Shown here in pieces: positions 1 to 11,928 of a stretch of 61,601 nt of DNA (the stretch's first letter is position 1; each line of letters opens with the position of its first letter). The notes beneath the pieces are model-generated. The model was not told the DNA's origin. It searched no databases and saw only the letters and a list, made by a program, of their open reading frames with translations. The stretch is taken from positions 1 through 61,601 of the forward strand of contig NW_021833886.1 of NCBI RefSeq assembly GCF_006345805.1. Reading direction: 5' to 3'. The stretch comes from Octopus sinensis. Its lineage: Eukaryota. The position numbers and the translations under genes are program-made.

Positions 1-274
1 TGGCTGAGTCGCGGAAAATGTTTAAATTTTAAACTTAGAAAACCAATTAAGATGTGCAACTAGTAATTGTGAAGTTGATTGAAAAAATTAAGTGAAGATA
101 AAGAAAAACAGATTCTCATGATACGTATAATTGGACTGAATGCTATTTTACTAAATAAAATCTTATCTGTGTTGTTTTGATATCTATCCTTAGTATGTAC
201 ATGTATATGCGGCCCGCGGAAAGGATTCATTTGGACAAAGTGGCCCGCGATGCGATTTGGGTTGGCCAGGCCAT

Positions 275-1060
275 GGTCTAGTCCAAGTCTTTGTCCGATT
301 CCAATCCTCAAAGAATCGTCGTCCAAAAAAGTCCCGAGATTTGGCAAGGATTGCACCAAGCCATGCTCCGCTCCCTCCACTTGAGGCTGACACCAGGCAA
401 GCAAGGCGATGTTGATTTGCTTCTTTTTTAAGCCCTTCTGAAATTTTGGAGCAGACAATGTTATCCCAGTTCCTTTGTTTCGTTGTGTCTTCGGGGATTT
501 TGAGTCCTGACCCGTTCCAATCCCGGCAAGCTTCATCAAATGACTCATTCCAGCGAAGTCCAATAGTGTGACGAAGGACTTGCCGTGTCAAATGGTTGCA
601 GCTTGAGAGAGACGAAAGATATGCGGGTACGCGACCTCCAGCGCCGATCTTAGACCGACACCCCAAATCCAGAGGGAAGCTTACATTGCTTCCAACCGAG
701 TTCGTCGAAGCGGACGTTGATTAGTGACTCAACAGTTTGTTTGAGAGATTTGTCTATCGAAAGTAGACTGTCGTAATGTTCGTGGCAGGGTGAACTTCGC
801 AGTAGGTATAAAAGTTGGGTAGTCCGATGTTGTTTCTCATCAGGAAGAAGGATGTGTGAGAGTCGAGGCATGACAATCTTTTTGCGAGGCGAGACAATTC
901 TTCATTTTTAGAAAGTAGATGGTTCCTGAGTTCGTCTTCACTGAGTGGACATCCAAGGAAATATAGTTTATCAACTGGCACAGTCGGGATCCCGGGAAGC
1001 AGTTCGTTGAAAAACTCCTTGATAAGAGAGAAAGTCGGTGTTTGAGTATGAGACATTTAT
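275..1060 (-). mobile_element. Degenerate CRE-clade (RLE) non-LTR retrotransposon fragment (RT thumb to pre-zinc-knuckle region)
   Basis: Frameshifted pieces LYFLGCPLSEDELR...LSRLAKRLSCLDSHTSFFLMRN and SGAWLGA / PNLGTFLDDDSLRIGIGQRLG match CRE-type ORF motifs also seen at 41400 and 45968. Confidence 0.75.
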
Positions 1061-1149
1061 TAACTCTGATTGATCTTTCCTTGTTTTCTTTTAATTTCTG
1101 TTTTTGATCAATAAACGACATTCCATTCCATATTAATCCTAGCGTTCGA

Positions 1150-1297
1150 CATTCCATATTAATCCGGATTATTGAATTTCCGGAACATTGAATCAAATTT
1201 GGCAGGAAAAAGTTAGAAAATTTATAATTTCAATTGAAAAAATTCGGATTATTGAAGTTTTCGGATTATTGAAGTTCGAATTAACAAGAGTTGACTG
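1150..1297. mobile_element. Solo terminus of a Tc1/mariner (pogo-like) DNA transposon
   Basis: Ends ...GTTCGAATTAACAAGAGTTGACTG followed by TA; repeated subterminal TTCGGATTATTGAA motifs; partner end not found. Confidence 0.5.
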
Positions 1298-1725
1298 TAT
1301 ATCACATCACAATTGATCACGACGCTTAAAATTGCGGCTACGATAGAACAAACAAAATTTATTGTTGAGATGGATGAGGTTGAAGAATTTCTCATGTAAT
1401 AGGAAAATCAATCTGATTGAAATTATCCAGAAGATAACCAAGTAAATCAGTTATCAACTAATCCAGAAGAGAAATTGAAAATGTGTAATAAATTAAAGAA
1501 ATTTATTGTCACCGTCTTGAAGGGACCCCCAGGGTTGAACGGAAAATTAAGAATTAAAAAGGCAAAAGTAAATGGCAGGCATAAATTATATGTAAAAAAT
1601 AGTATTTTAATTATTTTTATAATAATTCTAATGTTTAATTTATTATTTTAGAATGGCTTGTCTAAAATTTTATTTTTACATATCAAATTATGACATGCAA
1701 TGCGACATTGTGACCTTACTCATGA

Positions 1726-1862
1726 GGGTTAGGGTAGGGTTAGGGGCAGGATTAGGGCTAGGTTTAGGGTAGGGTTAGGGGCAGGATTAGGGCTAGGTTT
1801 AGGGTAGGGTTAGGGGCAGGATTAGGGCTAGGTTTAGGGTAGGGTTAGGATTAGGGTTAGGT
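1726..1862 (+). repeat. Telomere-like G-rich minisatellite, 35-bp unit, 3 full copies plus partial
   Basis: Unit AGGGTAGGGTTAGGGGCAGGATTAGGGCTAGGTTT starts at 1731, 1766 and 1801; built from TTAGGG variants. Confidence 0.95.
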
Positions 1863-2538
1863 AACATCTATGAAGTGTTGGAAATGGGTATAAGTGGGTT
1901 TACGATTGGTTACTTTACTTTGTTTTTAACTATATATAATTGGCTTTGTAAATTGTAATGACATTCATTTGAAATATTTATTATATTATTTATAATTAGT
2001 CTATTTATTTTTCTGAAATTAAGGCAGTACTAATGTAATCATAATTTTACTAATATAGAAATATTTTGAGGTCACGCAAGTATCTCTAGAATCCCTTTTT
2101 GGGTATTTCAATTATTAAGTGTATGAAATATCTAATTAGGGTAGGGTCCCTTCAAACTTGGGGTCGTTCGATGCCTGTGACATTTATTATTAAAATGACA
2201 ATTTTGATATAAATTCACATGGGCCAATTTACAACATGATCAGAACCAACCTATGAAGAAAAAACTCTGGATCATTATTTTTATTAATTTTTTTAAATAA
2301 TTCGAGAAATTCTTAACTCTTTTGTAATTTTAATTTAATCGACCCTTGAACCCATTGGGCTCTGCCGCAGTGACGGAAAGCGTCCTGACGGGATGACTAT
2401 ATTCCCCTTTAGAGGAGGAAGGTCTCTTGTTTGGGATGTAACTTGCGTCGACTCCTTTTCAGATACTGTGCTCACAGGAACAGCCAGTACACCAGGCTAC
2501 GCATGTGCGCTGGCAGAAGAAAGGAAGTTGACGAAGTA

Positions 2539-4918
2539 CAGTCCGACCCCAAATGGGGCACCAAGTGCCCCAAAATGCGGGGGTGCCCCAAAAACAGGGG
2601 TTTGTTATTTTTTTAAAAATTAAACCATAATAAACATCAAAAAACATTTTTACTAAAATATTCAGTTATTTTTTTTTTATTTGTAGAGTTTTGTCTGATA
2701 TTGTTCGTCATTTCAGCCGAAAATCAAAAAAATCTCGGAGCATACTTGGTGCAACATTAGAATTTTTTTCGGTACTTTTGTCGAAGTGGTCGCAGTTTTT
2801 TTTAGGCCTTTTAAAAAATCTAATAATTTTTGAGGTGGATATATTATATTTTATTTAAGTCGCTCTATCAATTTAAAATATTATTAAATTTTTTACTAAT
2901 TTTTTTCTAATTTTTTTAATATTATGGCGAGCATGTACCTAATATTGAATTAACTGGCACTATAGGTCACATGGAAATTCTGTTGTGGACTTATGCAAAA
3001 TCAAATTCCGACAGCTCCCAATAAGTAAGGAGGAGCAGTGCATTTTCTGCAAATGTGGATATCCTTTCAAAATCACGTATATGTCCGAAGGGACATCAGA
3101 TGGAATTAGTCTTGGGACCGAAGCTCAATTGGAAATGCTCAAGAGTTGGTGTGTAGAGTCCAATGTTCTATTAAAAAAGGTATAATTTCTCTCAAATAAT
3201 TCTAGATACCTGGTTAGAGAATTGTAGATTGCCATTTGAGGATGTCATCGCCTACATATACTTATGGAGTTACGATAGGCATACCTTCAAATGGCTTCAT
3301 CACGAATACAATTGGGGTGAACATACATATGTCGATTGGGCTATGTTTTGGTATTTGTCGAGCCACCAAACAGTGTTTTTCGCAACCAGTCGCGGATAGG
3401 AGCAGAGAAACACTGCTCAGTCTAGTAATTCGATATGTCGAGGTGGGAAGCATTATTTATAGTGACTGCTGGAAAGGTTAGCATTATTTGATTAACATTT
3501 AGGGTATTCACTGATCAATTGGTTGAAAACGGCTACACACACGAAACCGTTAACCATAAGTAAGGAAATAAATATATTCAGAAAATTCTTTGTGGATCCA
3601 ACGACGGGAGTGCACACCCAGACAGTAGAACGAATGTGGGGAAGTGCAAAATGCAAGAATAAAGCTCAAAGAGGAGCTGTAAGACATCATCTGGGATCTT
3701 ATTTCGCAGGTTTTTTTAGTTAGTTATTTTTTCAGAATTTATGTGGCGAAAACAAATACAGAACTATAAGGAATCTTTTGCACAGATTGTAAAAGACATA
3801 AATTCCTTCTACAGTCCTGGAATTTGGATGCCGCGTACTAAAAATGACTAAATTGGTTAAATAATTTTAAATAATTTTAATAACCATTTAAATTATTGAT
3901 AGAGGGTTATAAATTAAATAATCTATTTTTCACTAAAAAAATTAATTAATTTTAATTATCTTCTAAAAAAACTGCGACCACTTCGACAAAAGTACCTTTT
4001 TACTTCGACAAAAGTACCTTTTTTCTTCTAAATTGTTAAGCAGATCTTTGTTTTTGCTACGACATTTTCACTATTTTCGGTTTCTGAATATGTATCATAA
4101 ACATTATTGTTCATGTCTTCGCATTCTCCATCAATTGTTTCGTTAACAACTTGATCTAAATGTTCATCTGTTAGACAGTTTTTGTTGCATAAGAATCACG
4201 TTCCTGTCGATATCCAAAGGTTGTAAATAGGGCGTTGTATTTTTCGGCAAAAATAAAAATTCGATGTTCGAACATTCGGCAGTTTTATGGCACCGCATTG
4301 TCAAGTATTAATAATATTTTTCTGTTGTTTTTGCAAAACGATTCATTTTAAGAGTGTAGCCAACTCATAAAGAAAGTAATCCAATTTTTGAAGCTGTAAC
4401 TAAGCAATTTTTTCAAAATAGGGCCTGAAATCGGAATTTTATCTACGCGTAGTCTTTGAAATATTTCAAAGACTTGATCATCAAATTTATCTTTATCGGC
4501 TTTAAATGTGTCATATTCCTCAGAAATAGTATTGCCGTGTTGCAAGAAAGGTACAATATTTCGTTTTATTCTTGATATTGTTCCTTTCTTGTGTTGTACT
4601 TTTCATTAGTTGCTCTTCAGATAAATTTTTCTTCAAAATTTCTTTAGCAATCTTCAATTTAGTTTCGTAATCCATAACCACAACAATAAAAATATAAATT
4701 GAAAATAAAACAAAAAATAATTAATTTATTATAATTTTATTTTATTTTAATTCCTTATAAATGATTTATGGTGCCCCAAAAATTCCATAATTTTTTATCG
4801 ATTTTTATTTTTTTTCTGCCAAAATGTACTTTTGGAATAAAGTGCCCAAATTGCGGGGGTTGCCCCAAAATCCGAGGGTGCCCCACCCCTGGGGTCTGCC
4901 CATTTTGGGGTCGGAATG
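2539..4918 (-). mobile_element. pogo/Tigger DNA transposon, degenerate transposase, carrying a Merlin insertion
   Basis: TIRs CAGTCCGACCCCAAATGGG / CCCATTTTGGGGTCGGAATG with flanking TA at 2537-2538 and 4919-4920; remnants DKFDDQVFEIFQRLRVDKIPISGPILKK (CENP-B-type HTH) and TTPYLQPLD on minus 4060-4650. Confidence 0.85.
2771..4018 (+). mobile_element. Merlin (IS1595/ISXO2-like) DNA transposon, pseudogenised transposase with three tiny introns
   Basis: TIR GGTACTTTTGTCGAAGTGGTCGCAGTTTTTTT (2771) and its inverse at 3965-3996; TTTTTTC on both flanks; motifs GSIIYSDCWKG, GYTHETVNH, FVDPTTGVHTQTVERMWG, YFAEFMWR; introns 3477-3502 (26 nt), 3560-3581 (22 nt), 3710-3735 (26 nt); at least one frameshift. 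Confidence 0.9.
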
Positions 4919-5909
4919 TACGCTGTGCTTCCGAACGTCGTTGAGTTTGTCCCCCTAGCCTTTGAGACCTCCGGTGTGGTGGAAAGAAGGTAGAAAATCT
5001 GTACGGGTTGTGGGAGGAAGAAGAATCTCACAGAATAAAATGACCGGAGGGAGACGAGCTGGCTTTCCAGCGCATCTCGGTGCAATTCTTCGCGGGAACT
5101 GCCTCTCTATCCGCAGTGCTTCGTCGTCGGACTAACCTCAAGTTCACGACATTAATTAATCTCTATTAATTAATTGACTGTATTAAAATTTAATAAATAT
5201 TTGTTGTGAACAAAAAAAAAAAAAAAAACTTTAAATACATTTCAATTATGGTGAACAATTGGAAGTTCAAACTTCTATTGCTCCCAAAATTCTACATCTC
5301 GTCAAGATTTGGTCGGTTCCAAAAAATGGCAAGATTTAGAGGTTAATTCCCACAACTAAATCGAATGATAAAATCGATTATATTACATCATAAAAACAGT
5401 TGAATTACAAAAAATCTTAAATTTTAGATTATTTGATAGAATTCAATAACAAGCTGTGGATTCGAAATCTTGAATTCAGATGCAGGGACCAGTGTGCGCT
5501 GATCTGATCCTTTCCTGGGAAACATTATCTTTAATTGCACAACCATGCAACAAGGAACAACAATTCTCCAGTAAACATCGTGGCACCAATAATTTTTTTA
5601 GGTTTATTTTTTGGTTGGATGCTATTTTGATCATTTAAATTAATTTTCTTTGAGCTAGGAAGTTCATTTGAGTTTCTAGAAATTATGTAAATTGTAAATT
5701 ACATTATTTTTTTAGTCAAGGATTTTTTCTTATTTTGGCCATTTTTGATTTTAATTGAATTTCTCTACAAATTTTTCAATAATAAAACAACCCATTACAA
5801 CGAAAATGTGAGTTCGTCTTTTATTACTTAATTTTTTATGGGAAAAATAAAATCGTAATTACTTAATAATAAACTAAATTTATTAATATACAATTAAAAT
5901 GATTTTATA

Positions 5910-7445
5910 GAAAACCCGCCTGACATCGACACGTTCTACCCCTCGATTCAGGGATTTTCAACCGTTCGTATGGACCGCTCTAATGGGCTGAATGGAGGGG
6001 GTCTTATCACCCTCATCCGTAAACATTCCCTTCACTAACACTACCAATTCTATACGTTCCACATTTTCCCCGACGCCCACTTGGAGTTCGTCACAGTACT
6101 AATAACAATCAATTTCTTATTCTAAAAAATATGAAAATCCAGACAATCCAATAGACAATCCCATTAAAATCAAACTAAATTAATAAATAATGAAAAAATA
6201 ATTAAAATCTATTGTTTATACGTCGAGATTTATACTTTGACTAAAATTGTAGATTACCCAATAATGTTGCCTACACAATCGTCAACCTGTACATTCCTCC
6301 TCCTACAAGTTGTTCGAAGGGCTACAATCCAGACCTCTCTTGGATCTTGCCATTGAAGAACACAATTGTGTGCAATTGCTTCTCGGACATTCCTGGTCGG
6401 TTCCTTACGACCCTCCTTCTGACCACAATCCCGTAATTTTGGAGATCAAAAATACTTCCAAAGTCCTATTACCAAAAGGACATTTATCAACTACAAACGC
6501 GGAGTGGAGTCGAAATTCATTTTTAAACACACATCAACCTGTCTAGATCCCAACATGGTTTCCACCCATCTCACTCCACCTCTACGCATCTAACAAAACT
6601 AACGGACTTCATTGCGGATGGTTTTAACAACAAACCAGCACTTTTCACTATTCTGGATTCGATTGACATCTCAAAAGCCTTCGGAATGTCCTCCGTGCAG
6701 TGTCCGGATCCTCCTTCGGTCAAGACTAAGAAACGCTAAGAATAATCTACAAATAATATGTCAGGACCTCCCTTAACTACGCTAGCCCCGCTTGGGGCTC
6801 TTCTCTTTCATCCAGTAACAATCAAAAACTTCAAAGGATCCAAAATGGTGCTCTCTAAACAATTACTGGATGCATGCTATTCACTCCTTCCGACCATCTC
6901 CAATGGGAAACCACCATTCTCCCTGTGGAAGATCACCTTCGTATGCGGAACCTGCAATTCCTCAGTACGGCCATGAATCAGACCACCTATGTCATTTCCT
7001 CTCTCATACAAAAAACAGCCGTATGATAGTACCTACCATTGCAAATCTAACCAGTGAACTGTCTAAAATTTCTGAGCCTTCCTCCGAGAAATCGAGGACA
7101 AAGCAGATACACGACCATGTCTCCATTAAGGCTATTCGAAAACTTGCCTGGAATAAATTACTAGACGACTCCCCTCCTCTGGTGGACGACTCGGAGTCTT
7201 AGCTGGACAGAGAAACGAGAACATCTCTGGCACAACTTCGTTCTGGACATTTCCTCCTAATTGATGAATCTGGCTATTAGTCTCCTCCTCCGGACCATCT
7301 ATGCCTATTGCTTCGAGAAGCTTTCTCCGGACCGGGGCCTCCGGTGGGCATTATAGAATTATGGAAGCGCCCAGCACTCGCTGCTGAGCGTCTGAGGACA
7401 GCCGGCCTCCTACAAGCTAGAGAGGTCGGGGTAACTAACTAACTT
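5910..7445 (+). mobile_element. Highly degenerate APE-type LINE (Jockey/I-group-like)
   Basis: APE motifs RMDRSNGLNGGGLITLIR, IVNLYIPP, SDHNPVILEI; RT motif IDISKAF; C-terminal RTSLAQLRSGH and LWKRPALAAERL; ends in a TAAC repeat near 7432-7444. Confidence 0.7.
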
Positions 7446-8249
7446 ACCTTGCAGGATTTCGAGAAAAATATTTTGTAAGCACTAGGTCTCACGAGTTTGT
7501 AAATATCAGCGAAAATCTTTGCTTATAGCGTCTATTAAGGTCACTGTTTAGCAGTGTTATTTGATTTAAATCATTTGATTTTAATCAACAAAAAATCAAT
7601 GATTTGCTGCTGATTAAACCAATTGCTGTCGTTGTTGACAAAATGCAAAATGATTTTACGAAGATTAGTCATGTTGTAGAAAACTTGAACAGACTTATAT
7701 GGATTATGAATGTACGGCTATTTTAGAAAAAGTGAAAACCTGAGCTGATCAAGTATTAACAGATTTCTTACTGGCGAATCTAATGGACCCAGCATGTTTT
7801 GAGAAGTCTCTTTCAACTGCAGAGATTGACCTCGCTTTGGAGTATTGTCTGAATATCATGAATATGCTTTTCCGAATCTGATTAATTTCAGAGCTGAACC
7901 ATTTAAGCAATACAATATTCTAATAAAACTTGATGGTCATTAATCATTAGCCACTCACCACTCTGGACATTACCTATCCATAAGTACGATTATTTCCATT
8001 AAGATGCTCAATTGCAAAATATGAAGATATCAAATTTATAAGGAATGAATAAAACTATTAACAAACTTATGATACTTTTATTGAAATAGATAAATTGAAA
8101 AAACCATCGACTTTGTCAGATTCATTTTTACAAATTGTAAAAAGTGTCAACCTTTACTCATAGTAGTTCTTTAAAATGTTTTTTCAATAATCGTTTTTCG
8201 GGCTCCGTAATTAGAAGTAAAATAATCATTGTTAATACACATACTGTCA

Positions 8250-8770
8250 TATTCAGAATGTCATTATAATTCATCATTTTGTTAATATAAAATTGGTCAA
8301 TTCTAAATCATCCAGCAAATATGATAAGTGAATATTGTGATCTCATTATGTTGTTTATTAAATAAACATTCTTTCGCTTTTTTAATAAGCAAAAAATCTC
8401 CTTTTAAAGAAATCCATACTTGAATAACATTTGACAGTTTGTAGCATAATAAGAAACAGATTTGAGTCAGCTCCCTAATCTCGCAGCTATTGGTTCTTGC
8501 GGGTACCCATTTCTCTTGAACAATTGTCTTCGATAATTGTTCTTTATAGCAAATGCTTGTAAAATTTCCACTATATTGTGGCAAGTAAACTCTGAAGGAG
8601 GTGGATGCCCAATAAATTCGAATAAGTGATAAATGCTCTTTTTCTCAATTTATAGAGTGGAATGTTTTCTGATACAAATGCTTCCGTTACGTCTGACGCA
8701 AAATTTCAGAAAAATAATTTTTCAGAACAATAGTCAATTGTCTTGTATTTGTGGATATTAAATTGTTGCT
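8250..8770 (-). pseudogene. Degenerate hAT-related (CGGBP1-like) transposase remnant
   Basis: FASDVTEAFVSENIPLYKLR followed by frameshifted PPSE and ICYKEQLSKTI segments resembling this family as recalled. Confidence 0.4.
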
Positions 8771-8949
8771 GATTTAGTTTAAAAAGATATCAACTTGATC
8801 TATTTTATCTTAGAAAGTTAAAGTTCAACCTAACTTTATGCAAAAAAAATTTCAGTCAATTCGTTTTAAACTGGATCAACTTCAGCTGACCTCTTTAACT
8901 GTCACACAGCTGAGACTGACTCAAAGCTCTCAAATTCAAGGGACAAGAT

Positions 8950-9370
8950 TGCTCCTGAACGACAAATATTTATGTATTGGTATTAGTTACGCATAGGTAT
9001 GGATATCTACCAGCCCCACACCTGCAGGTAGGGGAGCACAATTTTTTCGAACGGTTTGCATACCCTATCTTATAGAAAGAGTGCTGGTGAGTATTCCTCG
9101 CCACACACAAGTGAATAAGGTCGTTAAATGAGCTGATGCCCAGGTCGAGTAAAAGAAAAGGATAAAGTAAAAAAGACAATTCTGAAACTTTCGAGTTCGA
9201 CCCCTTGCTTCCGAAACTTTTGGAATAGTCGACAAGATGATGACTCAGCTGCTATCGTTTGGAGGATCGATCGAAGATTTTGTCGAAAACAAATGACCGG
9301 AGAGAGACGAACTAGCTTTTCCAGCAAGTCTCGGTGTGCTCGCCGAAAATACCATTCCATACGCACTGCG
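8950..9370 (-). mobile_element. Degenerate CRE-clade RT N-terminal fragment
   Basis: Frameshifted RPYSLVCG...RVCKPFEKIVLPYLQVWG resembles the CRE IRPIAVG...LQxGVG segment. Confidence 0.5.
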
Positions 9371-9663
9371 GAGTCAAATAGCTTAGTCTTCGGGCCCCGA
9401 AAGACTTTAAAGTGCAGTTGGTTGATTTACTTTCAATTTTTTTAAAGCTTTATTTTTCGCTACTAAAAAAAACCTAAGTTACTAATCTACTAAATCAATT
9501 TAAACAATTTTTAGATAAAGAAACTTTATCGCTTTAAAATGTAAATACTGAGTTGAAAAAGTAGTAATCAATTGTCAACAACCGGCAGTCAGTATTGCAG
9601 TCGTGATAACTGCAATTTCATTAGTATACCAATTAGTATGCATGGATTGGAACAAAAATAAAA

Positions 9664-9810
9664 ATGCACAAGAGCACACGAAAAAAATATGCCGTAGGAC
9701 AGCCCGACTGGAACCGACCTCACCCGATAGCGATCCAAAGTGCAATGGATGACTAAAGGATGGAATGCCTGCCTAAGTGATAACAGGCATCCACGACCAG
9801 GTAAGTGGAT
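9664..9810 (-). ncRNA. U1 spliceosomal snRNA (compact, about 145 nt)
   Basis: Minus strand reads (ATCC)ACTTACCTGG (5' splice-site arm, 9798-9806); SL1 stem GGATGCCTG/CAGGCATTCC with loop TATCACTTAG (9773-9782); SL2 with U1A loop ATTGCAC (9740-9746) closed by ATCC/GGAT; H-helix GTCGT (9793-9797) pairing ACGGC (9691-9695); U-rich Sm-like site ATATTTTTTTCG; short terminal hairpin TGTGC-TCTT-GTGCA. Motif order and spacing match U1. Confidence 0.92.
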
Positions 9811-9999
9811 TTTTAAAATGGCACTCTCTAAATGTATTTAAAAAAATCATTTAAATTATGTTCAATATTTCCACCGGATGAATTATTTTTATTCAATTAG
9901 AAAATTAATTTTGAAATAAGTTCTTTTTTAAATTTTAGAAAAAAACCATTACAAATTATTTAATACTTTATTATTTTTATGTTACATAAATATCAAATA

Positions 10000-10653
10000 C
10001 GAAACAAACAGTGGTTCTCTACTTGGGGACGGCCATGATATTGTCAGAAGAAAGGCTCTCGCTTGGGCACGATGAACAAGATAAAGAAAAGAGTGGATCG
10101 GCAAACGACGACTCTGTACGTCACTTCGTCTGAGGATGTATGAAGCCTTTGTCAAACCAATCCTGACATATAATTCGGCGACCTGGGGATGTCTAGTACT
10201 GAACAACGTGGACTCGATTCTTTTCACCGCAGGCAACTTAGATCCCTACTGGGATTGAACTGGCCTATAAGAATCAACCAGGAATCGCTATACAATAGAT
10301 GCAGAACTGGCCCTCTGAGTGTGGAAATCGTCAATATGCGGTGGAGGTTATTTGGCCATATTCTACGAATGGACATGCTTGCCCCAGCTAACATAGCAAT
10401 GGAGGGCTACTTCCTGAAAGAGGGATCGAGCTTCCGTGGACGTCCACGTGTTACGCTGCGGAAAACATTGACGGAGACCTGAAATGTGTGAAAAAAGGCT
10501 AAGGAGTGGTGAGGATCTGGACGAGCTGAGGAAACTCGCTCACGACAGAGGAGGTTGGAGGAGGCTGGTTCAAAGGATTGTTTTTAATGCTGCACGAGTA
10601 AAATTATAACTAATATGATTCTACGTATGTTGCAAATAATAATAATAATAAAA
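10000..10653 (+). mobile_element. RTE-like LINE 3' fragment
   Basis: LRLRMYEAFVKPILTYNSATWG, LDSFHRRQLRSLLGLNWP, RWRLFGHILRMD, RGRPRVTL; (AAT)n tail at about 10636-10651. Confidence 0.8.
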
Positions 10654-10729
10654 CAAACAGTTGATGATATAGAATACAGCTGACCGTTAATGCTACTTTA
10701 AAAAACAAAAGTTTTTTAGAATGGATATA

Positions 10730-11928
10730 CACTCAACCTCTCAAATTGGCCATTTTTGGTTCCTTCAATATTGTGGCCATTTGAGAAATGGCCAATTAGC
10801 AAATAAAACTAGTGTCTGTGATGGAGACTCGCTAGAGAGATACTAAATAACTCACTTGATAGGTTTGGATAAATTATTCTATATGTATATTTAAATATTT
10901 CGAATTATTAGAGATCTTTATAGCTGTGATAACCTTCGTTACGTGAATGTAGATGCTTTTGCACGTCTAGTCGCATTAACACATCAGTACAAATCTTATT
11001 CTAACATTAAAGTTACATGCAATCAAATACCTTTTTCATTTGCCAAAAATCAGTCGTCGCCTCAACCTTAAATATTTTAAATTACTGATTTTGTAGTTTT
11101 TTTAAAGACCAGAAAATGTGCATGTTCACAAATGGGTCCCAACCCACAATTTATTATTCTCATATAAAAATTACGACAGTGACTAATAAACTAAATATCT
11201 TATTAGCCGATAACAGTGTGGAAATAAAAGTATCTCAAATGCAACCTCTGTGACCACCCGATCCCAAATAATATGACCTGCACAAGTGAATGTAACTAAA
11301 AAAATATTCTGACGGTACTCAATAACTAACTTAATTATTCTGATATTTCTTGTTTCCACTTTTCTTTATTGTTACATTCACCAGTCAGAATTAAATCCAA
11401 ACTTGCACAATTTTTTATTGATTTAATTAAAAGAAAAACCAAATTTTAACAAAAACCAGTCCCAAAATTTGTTACAGATATATATTTTGATGTCTTGGTC
11501 AAATGAAGAATAGTAAATCTCTTCATAGGGATTATTCATAAGTTTAAAATCACTCATAATAAAAATAGACTTGATTAATGACATTCTGATTGTTTGTAAC
11601 AACCTTCACAGTAACCTCACACGACTTGAAAATTGCTTCTTCAAAATGGATACGCTAAATTTTGAGGATTGCGATCAAACGAATAACTTTCTTCTTTTTA
11701 CGGAATATTCCAGAATCAGAAAGTTTTCTAGAATGTATTATCAATAATTTAACTTGTCTGCCGAAAATTAATAAAATTCAAATTTATTAAAAAAATTTGA
11801 AAAAATAAAAATATGCTACTAAAAAAATTAAAATTTGTGGCCAATTTGAGAATTTATTATTTTGCAGAGTTTTTCAATTTTCCAGAAATAAATTGTGTAA
11901 AAAATGGCCAATTTGAGAGGGTTGAGTG
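10730..11928. mobile_element. Non-autonomous or degenerate Tc1/mariner-type element (about 1.2 kb)
   Basis: TIRs CACTCAACCTCTCAAATTGGCCATTTTT / AAAAATGGCCAATTTGAGAGGGTTGAGTG with flanking TA; no intact ORF inside. Confidence 0.85.

Larger units (their letters stand above)
2346..5228 (+). mobile_element. 5'-truncated CRE-clade retrotransposon 3' end with poly(A), split by a Tigger insertion at 2539-4918
   Basis: PIGLCRSDGKRPDGMTIFPFRGGRSLVWDVTCVD...RKLTKY (2346-2538) rejoins in frame across the TA duplication to AVLPNVVEFVPLAFETSGVV (4921 onward); later FQRISV motif; A17 tail at 5212-5228. Confidence 0.85.

Noticed and set aside
205-272. GGCCCGCG subterminal motifs of a hAT end
   Set aside because: No intact terminal repeat or TSD is visible, so boundaries cannot be supported.
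1726-1862. True chromosome end
   Set aside because: Internal, short, made of a complex 35-bp unit, with ordinary sequence on both sides.
7630-7900. Possible hAT transposase remnant (FLLANLMDP...AEIDLALEY)
   Set aside because: The similarity is too short and degenerate to call.
9690-9750. tRNA or tRNA-derived SINE (GGTTCCAGTC resembles a B box)
   Set aside because: No cloverleaf or A box at the right spacing; the segment is explained as U1 SL2/SL3.
8950-9810. snRNA-targeted retrotransposon insertion (CRE next to U1)
   Set aside because: The CRE fragment lies about 290 bp downstream of U1, does not interrupt it and has no U1-derived flank.
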